A DNA stretch of 64,000 nt, from positions 20,603-84,602 of the forward strand of contig JAZNBT010000020.1 of assembly GCA_045587165.1 (NCBI GenBank), written 5' to 3'. This document shows, piece after piece, positions 37,899 through 48,212 of the stretch (positions are counted from its first letter, which is position 1; the number at the start of each line of letters is the position of its first letter). This DNA comes from Alphaproteobacteria bacterium. Lineage in GTDB: Bacteria > Pseudomonadota > Alphaproteobacteria > CAAGCB01 > CAG-977. The position numbers were made by a program, and so were the translations under genes. The notes below the pieces were generated by a model. It was given only the letters and a program-made list of their open reading frames with translations, was not told the DNA's origin and made no database searches.

Positions 37899-38840
37899 AT
37901 GGTTAAAGCTATTGTTTTTCCCGGCCAAGGATCTCAATCCGTCGGTATGGGAAAGGATTTGGCGGATGCCTTTACGGTCGCTAAAGAAGTTTTTTTGGAA
38001 GTTGATGACGCTTTATCCGAAAATCTTAGCAAGAAAATGTTTGAAGGTCCGGCGGAAGATCTGCTTTTGACCGAAAATGCCCAGCCTGCATTAATGGCCG
38101 TCAGCATGGCCGTTGTGCGTGTTTTACAACAGGAAGGCAAAGTTTCTCTTGCGGAAACGTTTAAATATGCCGCCGGTCATTCTTTGGGCGAATATTCCGC
38201 ATTGTGTGCCGCGGGGGCGTTTGATATTACGACGGCGGCTCGTTTGCTGCGTACGCGCGGCAAAGCGATGCAGCAGGCCGTGCCTGTAGGAAAAGGCGGT
38301 ATGGCCGCTTTGATCGGCGCGGATTTGGAGCAGGCGAAAGAAATTGCGTCTGAAGCGGCAAAAGGAGAGGTTTGCGTCGCTGCGAACGATAACGCTCCGG
38401 GACAGGTCGTCCTTAGCGGAACGACGGCGGCGATTGACCGCGCTGTCGAAATTGCCGCCGGAAAGGGTATTAAGCGAGCGGTAAAATTGGCCGTCAGCGC
38501 TCCTTTCCACAGTCCGATGATGCAGCCTGCGGCCGATGTCATGGCCGAAGCTTTGGCTGATGTGGAAATTAAACCGTTGCGTTTTCCGGTGATTGCGAAC
38601 GTAACGGCGCGTCCGGTAACGGATCCCGAAGAAATCGCCAAGCTGTTGGTCGCGCAGGTGACCGGATCGGTGCGGTGGCGTGAAAGCATGCTGTTTGCGC
38701 GGGAAAACGGTGTCGATACGTTGATTGAAGCCGGTTCGGGCAAAGTGCTGATGGGAATGGCAAAACGTATTCATCCGGAATTGAAAGGGAATGCCTTGAA
38801 TACACCGCAGGATATTGAAGAGTTTTTGAAAACGCTTTAG
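37899..38840 (+). CDS. fabD: Malonyl-CoA:ACP transacylase
   Basis: GHSLGEYSA active-site motif. RBS AAGGAG before the ATG at 37899. The listed 37698 start is an upstream extension. Confidence 0.9.
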   Translation: MVKAIVFPGQGSQSVGMGKDLADAFTVAKEVFLEVDDALSENLSKKMFEGPAEDLLLTENAQPALMAVSMAVVRVLQQEGKVSLAETFKYAAGHSLGEYSALCAAGAFDITTAARLLRTRGKAMQQAVPVGKGGMAALIGADLEQAKEIASEAAKGEVCVAANDNAPGQVVLSGTTAAIDRAVEIAAGKGIKRAVKLAVSAPFHSPMMQPAADVMAEALADVEIKPLRFPVIANVTARPVTDPEEIAKLLVAQVTGSVRWRESMLFARENGVDTLIEAGSGKVLMGMAKRIHPELKGNALNTPQDIEEFLKTL

Positions 38841-38875
38841 CATTGAACGTCAACTTTGAAAAGTTAGGATAAAAA

Positions 38876-39610
38876 ATGGATTTTACAGGAAAATGCGCTC
38901 TGGTTACCGGAGCAACCGGCGGGATCGGCCGCGTTATCGTTAAAAAATTACACGATGCGGGGGCTACGGTTATTATTACGGATATGCGTCAGGAAGCTCT
39001 TGACGAATTTGCCGCCGAATTAAAAGAACGAGTTTTTGCTTTTGCCTGCAATCTGGGTGATCCGGCCGATATTGACGCGCTGGTTTCCAAAGCGGAAAAA
39101 GCGGCCGGTGCGATTGACATTTTGGTCAACAACGCCGGATTGACCAAGGACAATCTGTTCATGCGTATGAAGGACGAAGATTGGAATTTGGTCTTAAATG
39201 TGAACCTGACTGCCGGTTTTCGTCTGGCACGCGCTGCGATCCGCGGAATGATGAAACGTCGTTACGGGCGTATCATTTCGATGGCTTCTGTTGTCGGTGT
39301 GACGGGAAATCCCGGTCAGGCGAATTATTCCGCATCCAAAGCGGGCATGATCGGAATGACGAAATGTCTGGCGGCGGAGATTGCTTCCCGCGGAATTACG
39401 GCGAACTGTGTGGCTCCGGGCTTTATTAAGACCGCGATGACCGATGCATTGCCGGAAGAAGCTAAGGAAAAGCTGGCGCGCAGTATCCCGATGGCTCGTT
39501 TGGGGTTGCCGGAAGACGTTGCCAACGCCGTTGTTTTTCTGGCCAGTGACGAGGCGTCTTACATTACCGGTCAGACGATTCACGTTAACGGCGGAATGGC
39601 AATGATTTAA
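38876..39610 (+). CDS. fabG: 3-oxoacyl-ACP reductase
   Basis: SDR motifs TGATGGIGR and YSASKAG. Confidence 0.9.
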   Translation: MDFTGKCALVTGATGGIGRVIVKKLHDAGATVIITDMRQEALDEFAAELKERVFAFACNLGDPADIDALVSKAEKAAGAIDILVNNAGLTKDNLFMRMKDEDWNLVLNVNLTAGFRLARAAIRGMMKRRYGRIISMASVVGVTGNPGQANYSASKAGMIGMTKCLAAEIASRGITANCVAPGFIKTAMTDALPEEAKEKLARSIPMARLGLPEDVANAVVFLASDEASYITGQTIHVNGGMAMI

Positions 39611-39758
39611 GGCTTTTTCCGTTTTAGGAAAGGCGGTCTTTTGATCAATGCCGTATTTTTGACTGGTAAAGGTCAAAAAAGTATGTTAAAAAGTGTTGCT
39701 TTCGTGAGTGTCTTTGTCTTTCAGGCAGGGACACCGTGTTTAACAAGAGGAATGTAAA

Positions 39759-39992
39759 ATGAGTGATATTGCCGAACGCGTAAAGAAAATTGTCGTAGAA
39801 CATCTGGGTGTCGATCCTGCAAAAGTGACCGATTCTTCCAGCTTTATCGACGACTTGAACGCAGATAGTTTGGATACCGTCGAATTGGTTATGGCGTTTG
39901 AAGAAGAATTTTCTGTTGAAATTCCCGATGACGCTGCCGAAAAAATCCTGACCGTTCAGGACGCTATCGACTACATCAGCAAGAACGCTTAA
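39759..39992 (+). CDS. acpP: Acyl carrier protein
   Basis: 77 aa with the phosphopantetheine site [19 protein letters not shown]. Confidence 0.95.
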   Translation: MSDIAERVKKIVVEHLGVDPAKVTDSSSFIDDLNADSLDTVELVMAFEEEFSVEIPDDAAEKILTVQDAIDYISKNA

Positions 39993-40096
39993 TAACGTTG
40001 AAATATCCGTGCCGATTTATTCCGTTAATTCGGAAGGTCGGCACGTCTTGCATAAAAATCCGTTAATTTTTTAGTTTTTATTTTTCAGGGGTTCAT

Positions 40097-41356
40097 ATGA
40101 GAAGAGTCGTCGTAACGGGAATGGGTATATTGTCGCCGATGGGGCGCGGTGTCGAAACAACTTGGCAAGGGTTGATTCAGGGAAAATCCGCAATTTCTCC
40201 CGTAACCAGATACGACGTTTCCGAATCTCCTGCTAAAATCGCGGGGCAAATTCCATTCGGAACGGGTGAAGGACAGTTTGATCCGGATTCCGTCATGCCC
40301 GCAAAAGAACAGCGCCGCGTTGATCCGTTTATCTTGTATGGCGTTTGTGCCGGAATGGACGCAATGGCTGATTCCGGTTGGGTTCCCGAAACAGAGGAAG
40401 ACCATTTCCGTTCCGGTATTATGATCGGTTCGGGGATCGGCGGTTTGGGAGCTATTTCCGACAGCGCCGTTACGTTAAAAGAACAGGGGCCGCGTCGGAT
40501 CAGTCCGTTCTTTATTCCGTCATGTTTAATTAATTTGATTTCGGGGCATTTGTCGATCAAATACGGTTTGTACGGACCTAATCATGCCTGTGTTACGGCA
40601 TGTGCGACGGGGACTCACGCAATCGGTGACGCAGCCCGTTTGATCATGTGGGGCGATGCCGACGTTATGGTTGCCGGCGGTGCCGAAGCGGCCGTTCATC
40701 CGTTGGCAATGGCAGGCTTTGCTCAAGCCAAGGCATTGTCTACCCGTTATAATGATACGCCTGAAAAAGCATCCCGTCCGTGGGATAAAGGTCATGACGG
40801 TTTTGTTATGGGTGAAGGTGCCGGCGTTGTTGTTTTGGAAGAATACGAACACGCCAAAAAACGCGGCGCAAAGATTTACGGCGAAATCGTCGGTTACGGT
40901 CTGTCCGGTGACGGATATCATATAACGGCTCCGGCCGCGGACAGCCGCGGATCGAAACACGCCATGCGCATGGCGTTGAAAAACGGTGGCGTAAATGTCG
41001 AAGAAATCGGTTATATCAACGCGCACGGTACGTCTACGCCTGCCGGCGATATTTTGGAAGTCAATGCCGTAAAAGACGTTTTCGGTTCTCATGCCTCAAA
41101 AGTTTCCATGTCTTCTACAAAATCCAGTATCGGCCATTTGTTGGGAGCTGCCGGTGCGGTTGAGGCGATTTTTTGTCTGAAAGCGTTGCAGGAAGGAATC
41201 CTGCCGCCGACATTGAATTTGGAAGATCCGATCGAAGGCGCCGAAGATATGGATTTGGTTGCTTTGAAGGCCAAAGAACGCAAATTAACGGCTGTCATGT
41301 CCAATTCGTTTGGTTTCGGCGGTACGAACGCTTCCGTTATTTTCAAAGCCGTTTAG
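40097..41356 (+). CDS. fabF: 3-oxoacyl-ACP synthase II
   Basis: 419 aa KAS II with an active-site Cys region (ACATG-type) and C-terminal HxxxH/GxGG motifs (NSFGFGGTNASVIF). Confidence 0.9.
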   Translation: MRRVVVTGMGILSPMGRGVETTWQGLIQGKSAISPVTRYDVSESPAKIAGQIPFGTGEGQFDPDSVMPAKEQRRVDPFILYGVCAGMDAMADSGWVPETEEDHFRSGIMIGSGIGGLGAISDSAVTLKEQGPRRISPFFIPSCLINLISGHLSIKYGLYGPNHACVTACATGTHAIGDAARLIMWGDADVMVAGGAEAAVHPLAMAGFAQAKALSTRYNDTPEKASRPWDKGHDGFVMGEGAGVVVLEEYEHAKKRGAKIYGEIVGYGLSGDGYHITAPAADSRGSKHAMRMALKNGGVNVEEIGYINAHGTSTPAGDILEVNAVKDVFGSHASKVSMSSTKSSIGHLLGAAGAVEAIFCLKALQEGILPPTLNLEDPIEGAEDMDLVALKAKERKLTAVMSNSFGFGGTNASVIFKAV

Positions 41357-41366
41357 GATATTTTGA

Positions 41367-42698
41367 ATGACTGCCGGCGGCCGGTTGTTTATCAAATTGT
41401 TTGTGTTGGTTGTCATTTGTCTTTCCGGTGGCAGCGTTTTCAGCTTTTATTCATTGTTGCATGAACAAAACGGTGTTGCCGGATCGACGATTGTTTTGGT
41501 TGAAAAAGGCGAGAATCTTAATCAAATCGCGCGTCGTTTAAAAAAAGACAATTTGCTGAACAGCATTGCCGTTTTTAAAGTCGCCGCACGTCTTTCCGGA
41601 AAGTCCACTCAGTTAAAGGCAGGGGAATATCGTATTCCCGCTCGTGCTAGCGCTAAAGAAATATTGGATATTTTAGTTTCCGGACAGACGGCTGTGCGCC
41701 GCGTGACGATACCGGAAGGAAAAACCAGTCGTCAGATTTTCGATCTGTTGATGCAAACTCCGGGGTTGTTCGGCGATTTGCCGGAACCGCCGCCTAACGG
41801 GGCATTACTGCCGGAAACATATGTTTTCAGTTACGGTCTGCCTCGTAAGGTGATACTGGAACGTATGTTGAGCGGCATGAATAAAACGATTGAAGAACTA
41901 TGGCCGACACGCGCTCAAAATTTACCGTATACAACAAAAGAAGAAGCGTTGGTCCTTGCTTCGATCGTCGAAAAGGAAACGTCCGTTCCCGCCGAACGTC
42001 CGCGTATTGCCGGCGTGTTTGTCAACCGTTTGCGTAAAGGGATGCGTTTGCAAACAGATCCGACGGTTATTTACGCCGTGACCGACGGAACGATGGAGTT
42101 GAATCGTCGCTTAACGCATGATGACTTAAAAAAGGATCATCCGTTTAATACGTACCGAAATAAAGGTCTTCCCCCCGCGCCGATTTGCAATCCCGGTCGT
42201 GAATCAATTCAAGCCGTTTTGAATCCTCAGGAAACGAACGAACTTTATTTTGTTGCCGACGGGACGGGCGGACATGTTTTTTCTCAGACGTTTGATGGTC
42301 ACAGACGTAACATCGCCAATTGGAAAAGAAACCGTCGCGAAAAGTTGGCGGCAGCCAGAAGAGCGAAAGCCGCGGCCAGAAGAAGAGCGAAAGCCGCAGC
42401 TGCCAAAAAAGTCAAAAAAACACCTGTGAATAAAACGTCTGTACCAGTTAATGCTCCGGTTGTTACGACAGAAGTCGCCGAAACGGTTCAATCCGAACCG
42501 ACTGTTGCGACGGTTCAATCCGATACGGTTTCTATTGTTGAGGAAACGCCCGTTTCCAAAAACGAGGAAATTTTGAATCAGCAGGATTTATCTTTGGATA
42601 TTGTCGAGGATTCGTTGATCAACGGTGATCAGGGGGCCGAGGTTCCCGTCGATCCCGCCGTTGCGGAGCAAACGGCTCCTTTGGTCGGACAAGAATAG
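41367..42698 (+). CDS. mltG: Endolytic murein transglycosylase MltG/YceG with a ~110-aa low-complexity C-terminal extension
   Basis: N-terminal TM anchor and YceG core (FVADGTGGHVFSQTFDGH), followed by an AARRAKAAARRRAKAAAAKK...PVVTTEVAETVQSEP tail. The tail is encoded partly by a 21-nt tandem repeat at about 42340-42400. Confidence 0.82.
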   Translation: MTAGGRLFIKLFVLVVICLSGGSVFSFYSLLHEQNGVAGSTIVLVEKGENLNQIARRLKKDNLLNSIAVFKVAARLSGKSTQLKAGEYRIPARASAKEILDILVSGQTAVRRVTIPEGKTSRQIFDLLMQTPGLFGDLPEPPPNGALLPETYVFSYGLPRKVILERMLSGMNKTIEELWPTRAQNLPYTTKEEALVLASIVEKETSVPAERPRIAGVFVNRLRKGMRLQTDPTVIYAVTDGTMELNRRLTHDDLKKDHPFNTYRNKGLPPAPICNPGRESIQAVLNPQETNELYFVADGTGGHVFSQTFDGHRRNIANWKRNRREKLAAARRAKAAARRRAKAAAAKKVKKTPVNKTSVPVNAPVVTTEVAETVQSEPTVATVQSDTVSIVEETPVSKNEEILNQQDLSLDIVEDSLINGDQGAEVPVDPAVAEQTAPLVGQE

Positions 42699-43442
42699 AT
42701 GAAATCGGCATTTCTTTTTGTTTTTCTGTTTTGTTCTCAGGCTTTCGCTTCTTTTGATGACGGGCAGAAAGCTTTTGTTCAAGGAAATTACGGTAAAGCT
42801 TTCGAATATTGGCGACAGGCTGCGGATGACGGCGATTTGACCGCTCAACGCAACATTGCTCACTTGTATCGTTGGGGAAAAGGCGTGCCGCAGGATTTAA
42901 TGCAGGCCGCTTTTTGGTATTATACGGCGGCAAAAGGCGGATCGGATACGGCACAGTATAATTTAGGGGTGATGTATTTACGCGGAGAGGGCTTGCCCCG
43001 AAACGAAGAGGAAGGCATTATCTGGTTGGAGCGCGCGGCAGAGCAAAACAATGCAAAGGCAAAGAAAAAACTGGCGCATTTGAAGGTGGAAATCGAACAC
43101 GAATTGCCGTCGGAAGACGAGATTTTGACACCGGTGAAACCGAAAACGGCCAAAGTATCGGAAAAAGCCCCCGTAAACATGGTGACGGTCAGTAAAAAAG
43201 AACCGCCTTTGTACGCTCATCTGGCTTCCTATTATACACAGGAAACTTTGGAAAAAGGATGGCGGGAATTAAAACAGACTTTTCCCGAACTGGCGCGTTT
43301 GAAAACGCTTGAAACGCAAGTGACATTGCCGGAAAAAGGAAAATATATCCGTTTGTATATTAAAGGGAATGCCGCCGACATACGCAATGTATGCGGCCGG
43401 TTAAACGAAAAAAAACAATATTGCCTGATCAGCTATCCGTAG
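42699..43442 (+). CDS. Secreted Sel1-repeat protein with a C-terminal SPOR-like domain
   Basis: Signal peptide, Sel1 repeats (IAHLYRWGKGVPQD, LGVMYLRGEGLPRN), a linker, then YAHLASYYTQETLEKGWRELKQ...KYIRLYIKGNAADIRNVCGRL with a SPOR-like pattern. Confidence 0.68.
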   Translation: MKSAFLFVFLFCSQAFASFDDGQKAFVQGNYGKAFEYWRQAADDGDLTAQRNIAHLYRWGKGVPQDLMQAAFWYYTAAKGGSDTAQYNLGVMYLRGEGLPRNEEEGIIWLERAAEQNNAKAKKKLAHLKVEIEHELPSEDEILTPVKPKTAKVSEKAPVNMVTVSKKEPPLYAHLASYYTQETLEKGWRELKQTFPELARLKTLETQVTLPEKGKYIRLYIKGNAADIRNVCGRLNEKKQYCLISYP

Positions 43443-44499
43443 GTTGTTGCGGCGCGATTTGGTTTATTTTATAGGATTTTTTTCCGGCTTTTTTATTGGA
43501 CCAGATCAGCTTTGCATATGTCCGCATATCAATGACCTTGTCCGTTTCATCCAGAATTTCCTGTCCCAAGATCGTTTCCAGAACGTCTTCCATCGTGACG
43601 ATGCCGAGCCATGTTCCTAATTCATCGTAAACAACACCGATATGGTTATGCGTACGCAACATTTCCGTAAAGACAAAATCGACACTGGATGCAGAGGCGA
43701 TTTCCAAAATCGGACGAATGGAATCATTAATGGATAAAGTCGGGTCTTTACCCAACATATCGGATTTATGAACGTAACCGATAAAAATTTCTTCGTCTTC
43801 GTTTTTCATGACGGGATAGCGCGAAAAGGTGTGCTGGGTCGCCGTTTCGATAAATTCACCGATGGAAATGCCGGCCAAGACGCTGGCGCAGACATTGCGG
43901 GGCGTCAGCAAATCTTTGACCTTAATGTCTTCCAGATTCAGGGTGTTGCAAATCATGTTATATTCGTCGTCGTCCAAGAAATTTTCCGTGCGTCCCATTT
44001 TTGTTAACGCTTTGATTTCTTCACGAATGTCTGTTTTGATGCCGTTTTTCGGAGTGATTAATTTTGTCAGCAGTTCAAACAGTTTTAAGAACGGTTTTAG
44101 AACGAACAACATAATGCCTAAGATAAAACATAAAAATCCGATTAAACTTTGCCAATAAGTCGCGCCGATCGTTTTAGGAATGATTTCGCTGCACGTTAAA
44201 ATCAAAACCGTCATAATAGCCGAAGCCATGGCGACGTATTCGGATCCGAATACGACTTGCACCTGCGCCCCGATACACGACGCGCCGGCCGTATTCGCAA
44301 TCGTGTTCAGCATTAAAATGGCGGCCAGCGGACGGTCGATATGTGCTTTTAAGTAGGATATTTTTTTATAAAGATTCGGTTTTTCTTCTTCCAATCGGGC
44401 GATATAACTGGGGGTGATGGATAATAAAGAGGCTTCCATCATGGAACATAAAAAAGAAATGCCGACCGTTAAAACGACCAGAATAATTAAAAGAGTCAT
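43429..44499 (-). CDS. HlyC/CorC (CNNM) family transporter-associated protein (DUF21 plus CBS pair plus CorC_HlyC)
   Basis: From ATG 44499 (RBS GAGGAT): MTLLIILVVLTVGISF... with TM DUF21, a CBS pair and a C-terminal transporter-associated domain. The listed 44817 start is a spurious upstream extension overlapping the permease gene. Confidence 0.78.
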   Translation of the reverse strand: MTLLIILVVLTVGISFLCSMMEASLLSITPSYIARLEEEKPNLYKKISYLKAHIDRPLAAILMLNTIANTAGASCIGAQVQVVFGSEYVAMASAIMTVLILTCSEIIPKTIGATYWQSLIGFLCFILGIMLFVLKPFLKLFELLTKLITPKNGIKTDIREEIKALTKMGRTENFLDDDEYNMICNTLNLEDIKVKDLLTPRNVCASVLAGISIGEFIETATQHTFSRYPVMKNEDEEIFIGYVHKSDMLGKDPTLSINDSIRPILEIASASSVDFVFTEMLRTHNHIGVVYDELGTWLGIVTMEDVLETILGQEILDETDKVIDMRTYAKLIWSNKKAGKKSYKINQIAPQQPTDS

Positions 44500-44609
44500 A
44501 TAATCCTCTGCCAAAAAACACAATGAAATAAGGCTAGCACTAAAGCATAAGCGGGTAAAGCGAAAACGGCGGAAAATTTTTCCGCCGTTTTGAAGTTTTT
44601 TCAATTTTT

Positions 44610-46067
44610 TTAAACTGTTAAAATTCCGCGCCAGAACAATAAGACGGCGATCAGCGAAATTAAAACCATCAAACCTGCAAGCCAAGTTTCTCGTGTGGTG
44701 AACATTTTTTCCTCCGGATTGTTTTCTTTGCGTGACCAGATAAAAACGGGAATTCCGATTGTCAGAAATAAAACGGCCATTAACAAATATTCCAGTCCGG
44801 CGGCATAAATCAGCCATAAAGCGTAGATCGATCCCAAAATGGAGCAGATCAATGCGCCGGATCTCGGAACGGCAGCCGTCGTCGGATATTCTCCGTCTTC
44901 ACAGATTTTCCACAGGTACGCCATACTTGATAAATAAGCCGGCAAAACCATGACACCCGTAATGGACAGCATGGTGTTCCATGCGTTGTTTGAAAAATAA
45001 ACCATTAAAATAGCCAACTGCATCAACAAACTGGTGACCCACAAAGATACGGACGGAGATTTATGTTCGTTTTCCGCCGCGAAAACCTTTGGGAAAGTAC
45101 CGTTTTGCGCCGCGGCAAACGGAATTTCCGCCGTAATCATCGTCCAGGCCAACCAACTGGCCAAAACGGCGATCAGCAACCCGATATTCATTAACCAGCT
45201 GCCCCATTTGCCGACAACGACTTCCAATACGCCGGCTGTCGACGGATTGGGTACTGCCGCCAATTCGGCCTGGCTCATAAAGCCGTAAGGCAGGACGGAT
45301 AACAGGACGTAAATTGTCAAACAGCCCAAAAAACCGATAAAAGTGGCTTTTCCTACTTCAGATTTGTTTTCGGCGCGGTCCGATAAAACGACGGCGCCTT
45401 CAATCCCGATGAAAGCCCATAACGTGACTAGCATGGTGCTTTTAACCTGTTCGGGGAGGGATCCCAATGCCGCATGACCGTGAGAAACGAGATTGCCCCA
45501 GAAATCGTCTTCGAATTGATGGATTTTAAATGCGAAAATCATAATCAAAATGAAGATGAACAAAGGCAAAATTTTAAATACGGTCGCGATTGTGTTGATA
45601 AAGCTGGCTTGTTGAACGCCGCGCAGTACGACGAAATTAAAAAACCAGATTAAAACCGATCCGCCGATAATGGAATAAAGATTGTTGCCGCCTGCGAAAT
45701 ACGGCGGAAAAAAATAATTTAAGGCGTCCATCGTGATGACGGCATAACCGACATTCCCGAAAATCTGACAAAGCCAATATCCCCAACCGATCGTAAATCC
45801 CATAAACGGTCCGAAACCTTCGCGGGCATACATGTAAATACCGGCGGTCAAATCGGGTTTGGCGTCCGATAAAATACGAAAGGAATTGGCCAGAAAATAC
45901 ATTCCGATACCGGTTATAACCCAAGCGATCAATACTGCCCCGACCGATGCGCCGGCTGCCATGTTTTGCGGCAGACTGTAGATGCCGCCGCCGATCATTG
46001 AACTGATGACGACACTGGCCAGTGCAATCAGTCCCAGTTTCTTGTTTGTGTTTTGTTGCTGTGCCAT
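44610..46067 (-). CDS. APC-family amino acid/polyamine antiporter (arginine:agmatine antiporter candidate, AaxC/AdiC-like)
   Basis: 485 aa, 12-13 TM, APC permease signature. Immediately downstream of the pyruvoyl-dependent arginine decarboxylase gene. Confidence 0.72.
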   Translation of the reverse strand: MAQQQNTNKKLGLIALASVVISSMIGGGIYSLPQNMAAGASVGAVLIAWVITGIGMYFLANSFRILSDAKPDLTAGIYMYAREGFGPFMGFTIGWGYWLCQIFGNVGYAVITMDALNYFFPPYFAGGNNLYSIIGGSVLIWFFNFVVLRGVQQASFINTIATVFKILPLFIFILIMIFAFKIHQFEDDFWGNLVSHGHAALGSLPEQVKSTMLVTLWAFIGIEGAVVLSDRAENKSEVGKATFIGFLGCLTIYVLLSVLPYGFMSQAELAAVPNPSTAGVLEVVVGKWGSWLMNIGLLIAVLASWLAWTMITAEIPFAAAQNGTFPKVFAAENEHKSPSVSLWVTSLLMQLAILMVYFSNNAWNTMLSITGVMVLPAYLSSMAYLWKICEDGEYPTTAAVPRSGALICSILGSIYALWLIYAAGLEYLLMAVLFLTIGIPVFIWSRKENNPEEKMFTTRETWLAGLMVLISLIAVLLFWRGILTV

Positions 46068-46128
46068 TTTAATGTCCTTTTAAACAAAAAAGCGGCATCG
46101 CTTTTATAAACGATACCGCTTTTGAAAA

Positions 46129-46710
46129 TTACAATTTAACGGGATCCGTTGTTTCAAAATTCAAGAAACCCAACGCCGTTAAACAATAACCGAAGCGTTG
46201 TGTAATGTTGATGTAATTGTGGAACAACTGGAATTCGCTGTGTTTTTCGACGCCGCGTATTTCCAATTCATGGTTTAAAGATTTGTTCAACCACATTTCC
46301 GCATGACCGCGGGCGATGTCATCATCTATATACGTCGGGAAATATTCGACGTATTCGGCAGCCCAACCGCCGATCAAATTATCGTCTTTGTCTTTTCCCC
46401 AACAAATGCCGACGCCGGTTGCAATTGCACGATGTTCGCTGCTGTCGGCACCGTTTCCGGCCATGATGACTTCCAAAACGGCACCGTGTTTGAAGTATTT
46501 CGTCACTTTGTCTACGGGGACGATGTTGTTGTACAATTCCGGCGGTAAGACGGAAGTATACGGGACAACGTTAAAATCCTGAATTTTCGCCTGAGATAAA
46601 GCCGAATCGTAACAAAACGTTTCAAAAGGCTGCGGCGGAATACCGTCGTCGGACTGACCTGCGCCGCCGGTGTGAAAAGCTAAAGTCGGATAGCGTGTTC
46701 CTAATAACAT
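46129..46710 (-). CDS. pdaD: Pyruvoyl-dependent arginine decarboxylase (PdaD/AaxB family)
   Basis: 193 aa. [14 protein letters not shown]...[26 protein letters not shown] aligns with the PdaD pattern [38 protein letters not shown], including a Thr-Ser cleavage dyad in the same place. Confidence 0.72.
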   Translation of the reverse strand: MLLGTRYPTLAFHTGGAGQSDDGIPPQPFETFCYDSALSQAKIQDFNVVPYTSVLPPELYNNIVPVDKVTKYFKHGAVLEVIMAGNGADSSEHRAIATGVGICWGKDKDDNLIGGWAAEYVEYFPTYIDDDIARGHAEMWLNKSLNHELEIRGVEKHSEFQLFHNYINITQRFGYCLTALGFLNFETTDPVKL

Positions 46711-46919
46711 ATTTTTTTCTCCTGAATATTAATATAAAAAGAAGACATTCTTCCTTTTTCTCGAAAATAGTAGAAAAAAAACGTATTTGTTCCTAGATAG
46801 ACTTGTTCTTATAAATAATAATGTATCTATACGTTTTTATATATGCTGCTTGTTGTGTTTTTATTTTTATTTTTTTGTTTTATGTTTTTATTTATTTTAT
46901 TGAGTTTTGTGAGGATAAA

Positions 46920-48212
46920 ATGAAAAATATGAAATATAAACGAATGAAAGGCGTTCAAACTCTTTCATTTACATGTGCCGCCGTTTTGTTTTCTTTACCC
47001 GCTTCGGCTCAGCAGGTGCAAGAAGTTGAAATAATCGAACAGCTGGATGTTTTAACGATACAGTCGCAAATGAACAATAACGGCAAACTGTCGACTCGTT
47101 TAAAGAGCGCCGCGGATCGGTTGAATAATCACGTTGAAGGATTTGAAAAAGATTATAACGATTTTAAATCCATGCTGTCGAATGATTTCGGTCTGCAGTA
47201 TTCGATCGATGTTTCTTTTATGGGGCAAAAAGGCGTACCTTCCGGCGGTAAAACGGCAACGCAGAGTATTTATGCGCCGACGGTATCATGGCAGATGTTT
47301 AATGACGAAACATTCGGATCGGGAACGATCAACATGTCCTATACCGCAGTTCGTTATTGGGGAAACAAGGCGTCGAACATCGGTGATGATCTTTACTTGG
47401 CGAATGCGATCAACGATTATTCGACACCGTCAAACGCGATTGATCAGTTAAGCTATACGCACGCTTTGTTTAATAATAAGTTCTCCGTCACTCTCGGTCA
47501 GTATTCCATCGCCGATTTCGACGGGATGCAGTATGCTTCAAATCAGCAAACGGGATTTATTAACTACGCTCTGTCCCAAAACGGCAGTGAAACGTATCCG
47601 ATCGCCGGATTGGGGGCGTACATTCAGTTTAATCCGAATGACGAATGGTCTTTTACCGGCGGTTTTCAAAACGCTCGTAATGTAACGGGAGAAACATTGT
47701 CCGGCAAAGGATGGGGCGATCATCGATTTACGACATTCGGTTCGATTTCTTATACGCCGACGATCAACGGGCAAACGGGGCAATATTCTTTGTTGGTTTA
47801 TAATCAGCCGAACGTCGAAACGCAGCCGCAAAATACGACGGGTTGGTCCGTTAACATGTCGCAGAATTTAACGGAAAAATGGGGCGTCTTTGTACGCGCC
47901 AATGCCGCGACCGGCGATTCGATGCCGATAACGCAATCTTATGCCGTCGGCGGCGTTTTAAACGATCCGTTGGATCGTAATTCGTTGGATCAGATCGGGT
48001 TTGCCGTTGCTTATAACAAAGTCAGCAAAGACTACTTTGATTCTTCCGAACCTATGCGGCAATATGAAACCGTTGTCGAAACGTATTGGAATATCGGTAT
48101 TACGCAATTCTTTACGATTACGCCGGATATTCAGTTATATGTTCACCCCGCATCAAAACGAGACAGGGATTTCGGAACGGTATTCAGTTTACGCGGTACG
48201 TTTTTGTTGTAA
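46920..48212 (+). CDS. Outer-membrane porin candidate (AaxA-like), divergent from pdaD
   Basis: Signal peptide MKNMKYKRMKGVQTLSFTCAAVLFSLPASAQQ. Beta-strand-rich, with alternating aromatic/hydrophilic composition. RBS GAGGA before the ATG at 46920. The listed 46821 start lies in an AT-rich promoter region. Confidence 0.55.
   Translation: MKNMKYKRMKGVQTLSFTCAAVLFSLPASAQQVQEVEIIEQLDVLTIQSQMNNNGKLSTRLKSAADRLNNHVEGFEKDYNDFKSMLSNDFGLQYSIDVSFMGQKGVPSGGKTATQSIYAPTVSWQMFNDETFGSGTINMSYTAVRYWGNKASNIGDDLYLANAINDYSTPSNAIDQLSYTHALFNNKFSVTLGQYSIADFDGMQYASNQQTGFINYALSQNGSETYPIAGLGAYIQFNPNDEWSFTGGFQNARNVTGETLSGKGWGDHRFTTFGSISYTPTINGQTGQYSLLVYNQPNVETQPQNTTGWSVNMSQNLTEKWGVFVRANAATGDSMPITQSYAVGGVLNDPLDRNSLDQIGFAVAYNKVSKDYFDSSEPMRQYETVVETYWNIGITQFFTITPDIQLYVHPASKRDRDFGTVFSLRGTFLL

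Noticed and set aside
38124-38843. 239-aa and 188-aa minus-strand ORFs inside fabD
   Set aside because: Antisense shadow ORFs. fabD on the plus strand has canonical motifs and operon context.
39996-40040. Hairpin (gtgccga...tcggcac) after acpP as a terminator
   Set aside because: The stem is present but not followed by a U-tract. At most a weak partial terminator or RNA-processing site, so not called.
40526-41092. 188-aa minus-strand ORF inside fabF, with similar antisense ORFs in the MurD-like gene (34181..34546), the PP-loop gene (33070..33624) and the portal gene (19852..20259)
   Set aside because: All are antisense to strongly supported genes and Arg/Phe-rich. Treated as spurious.
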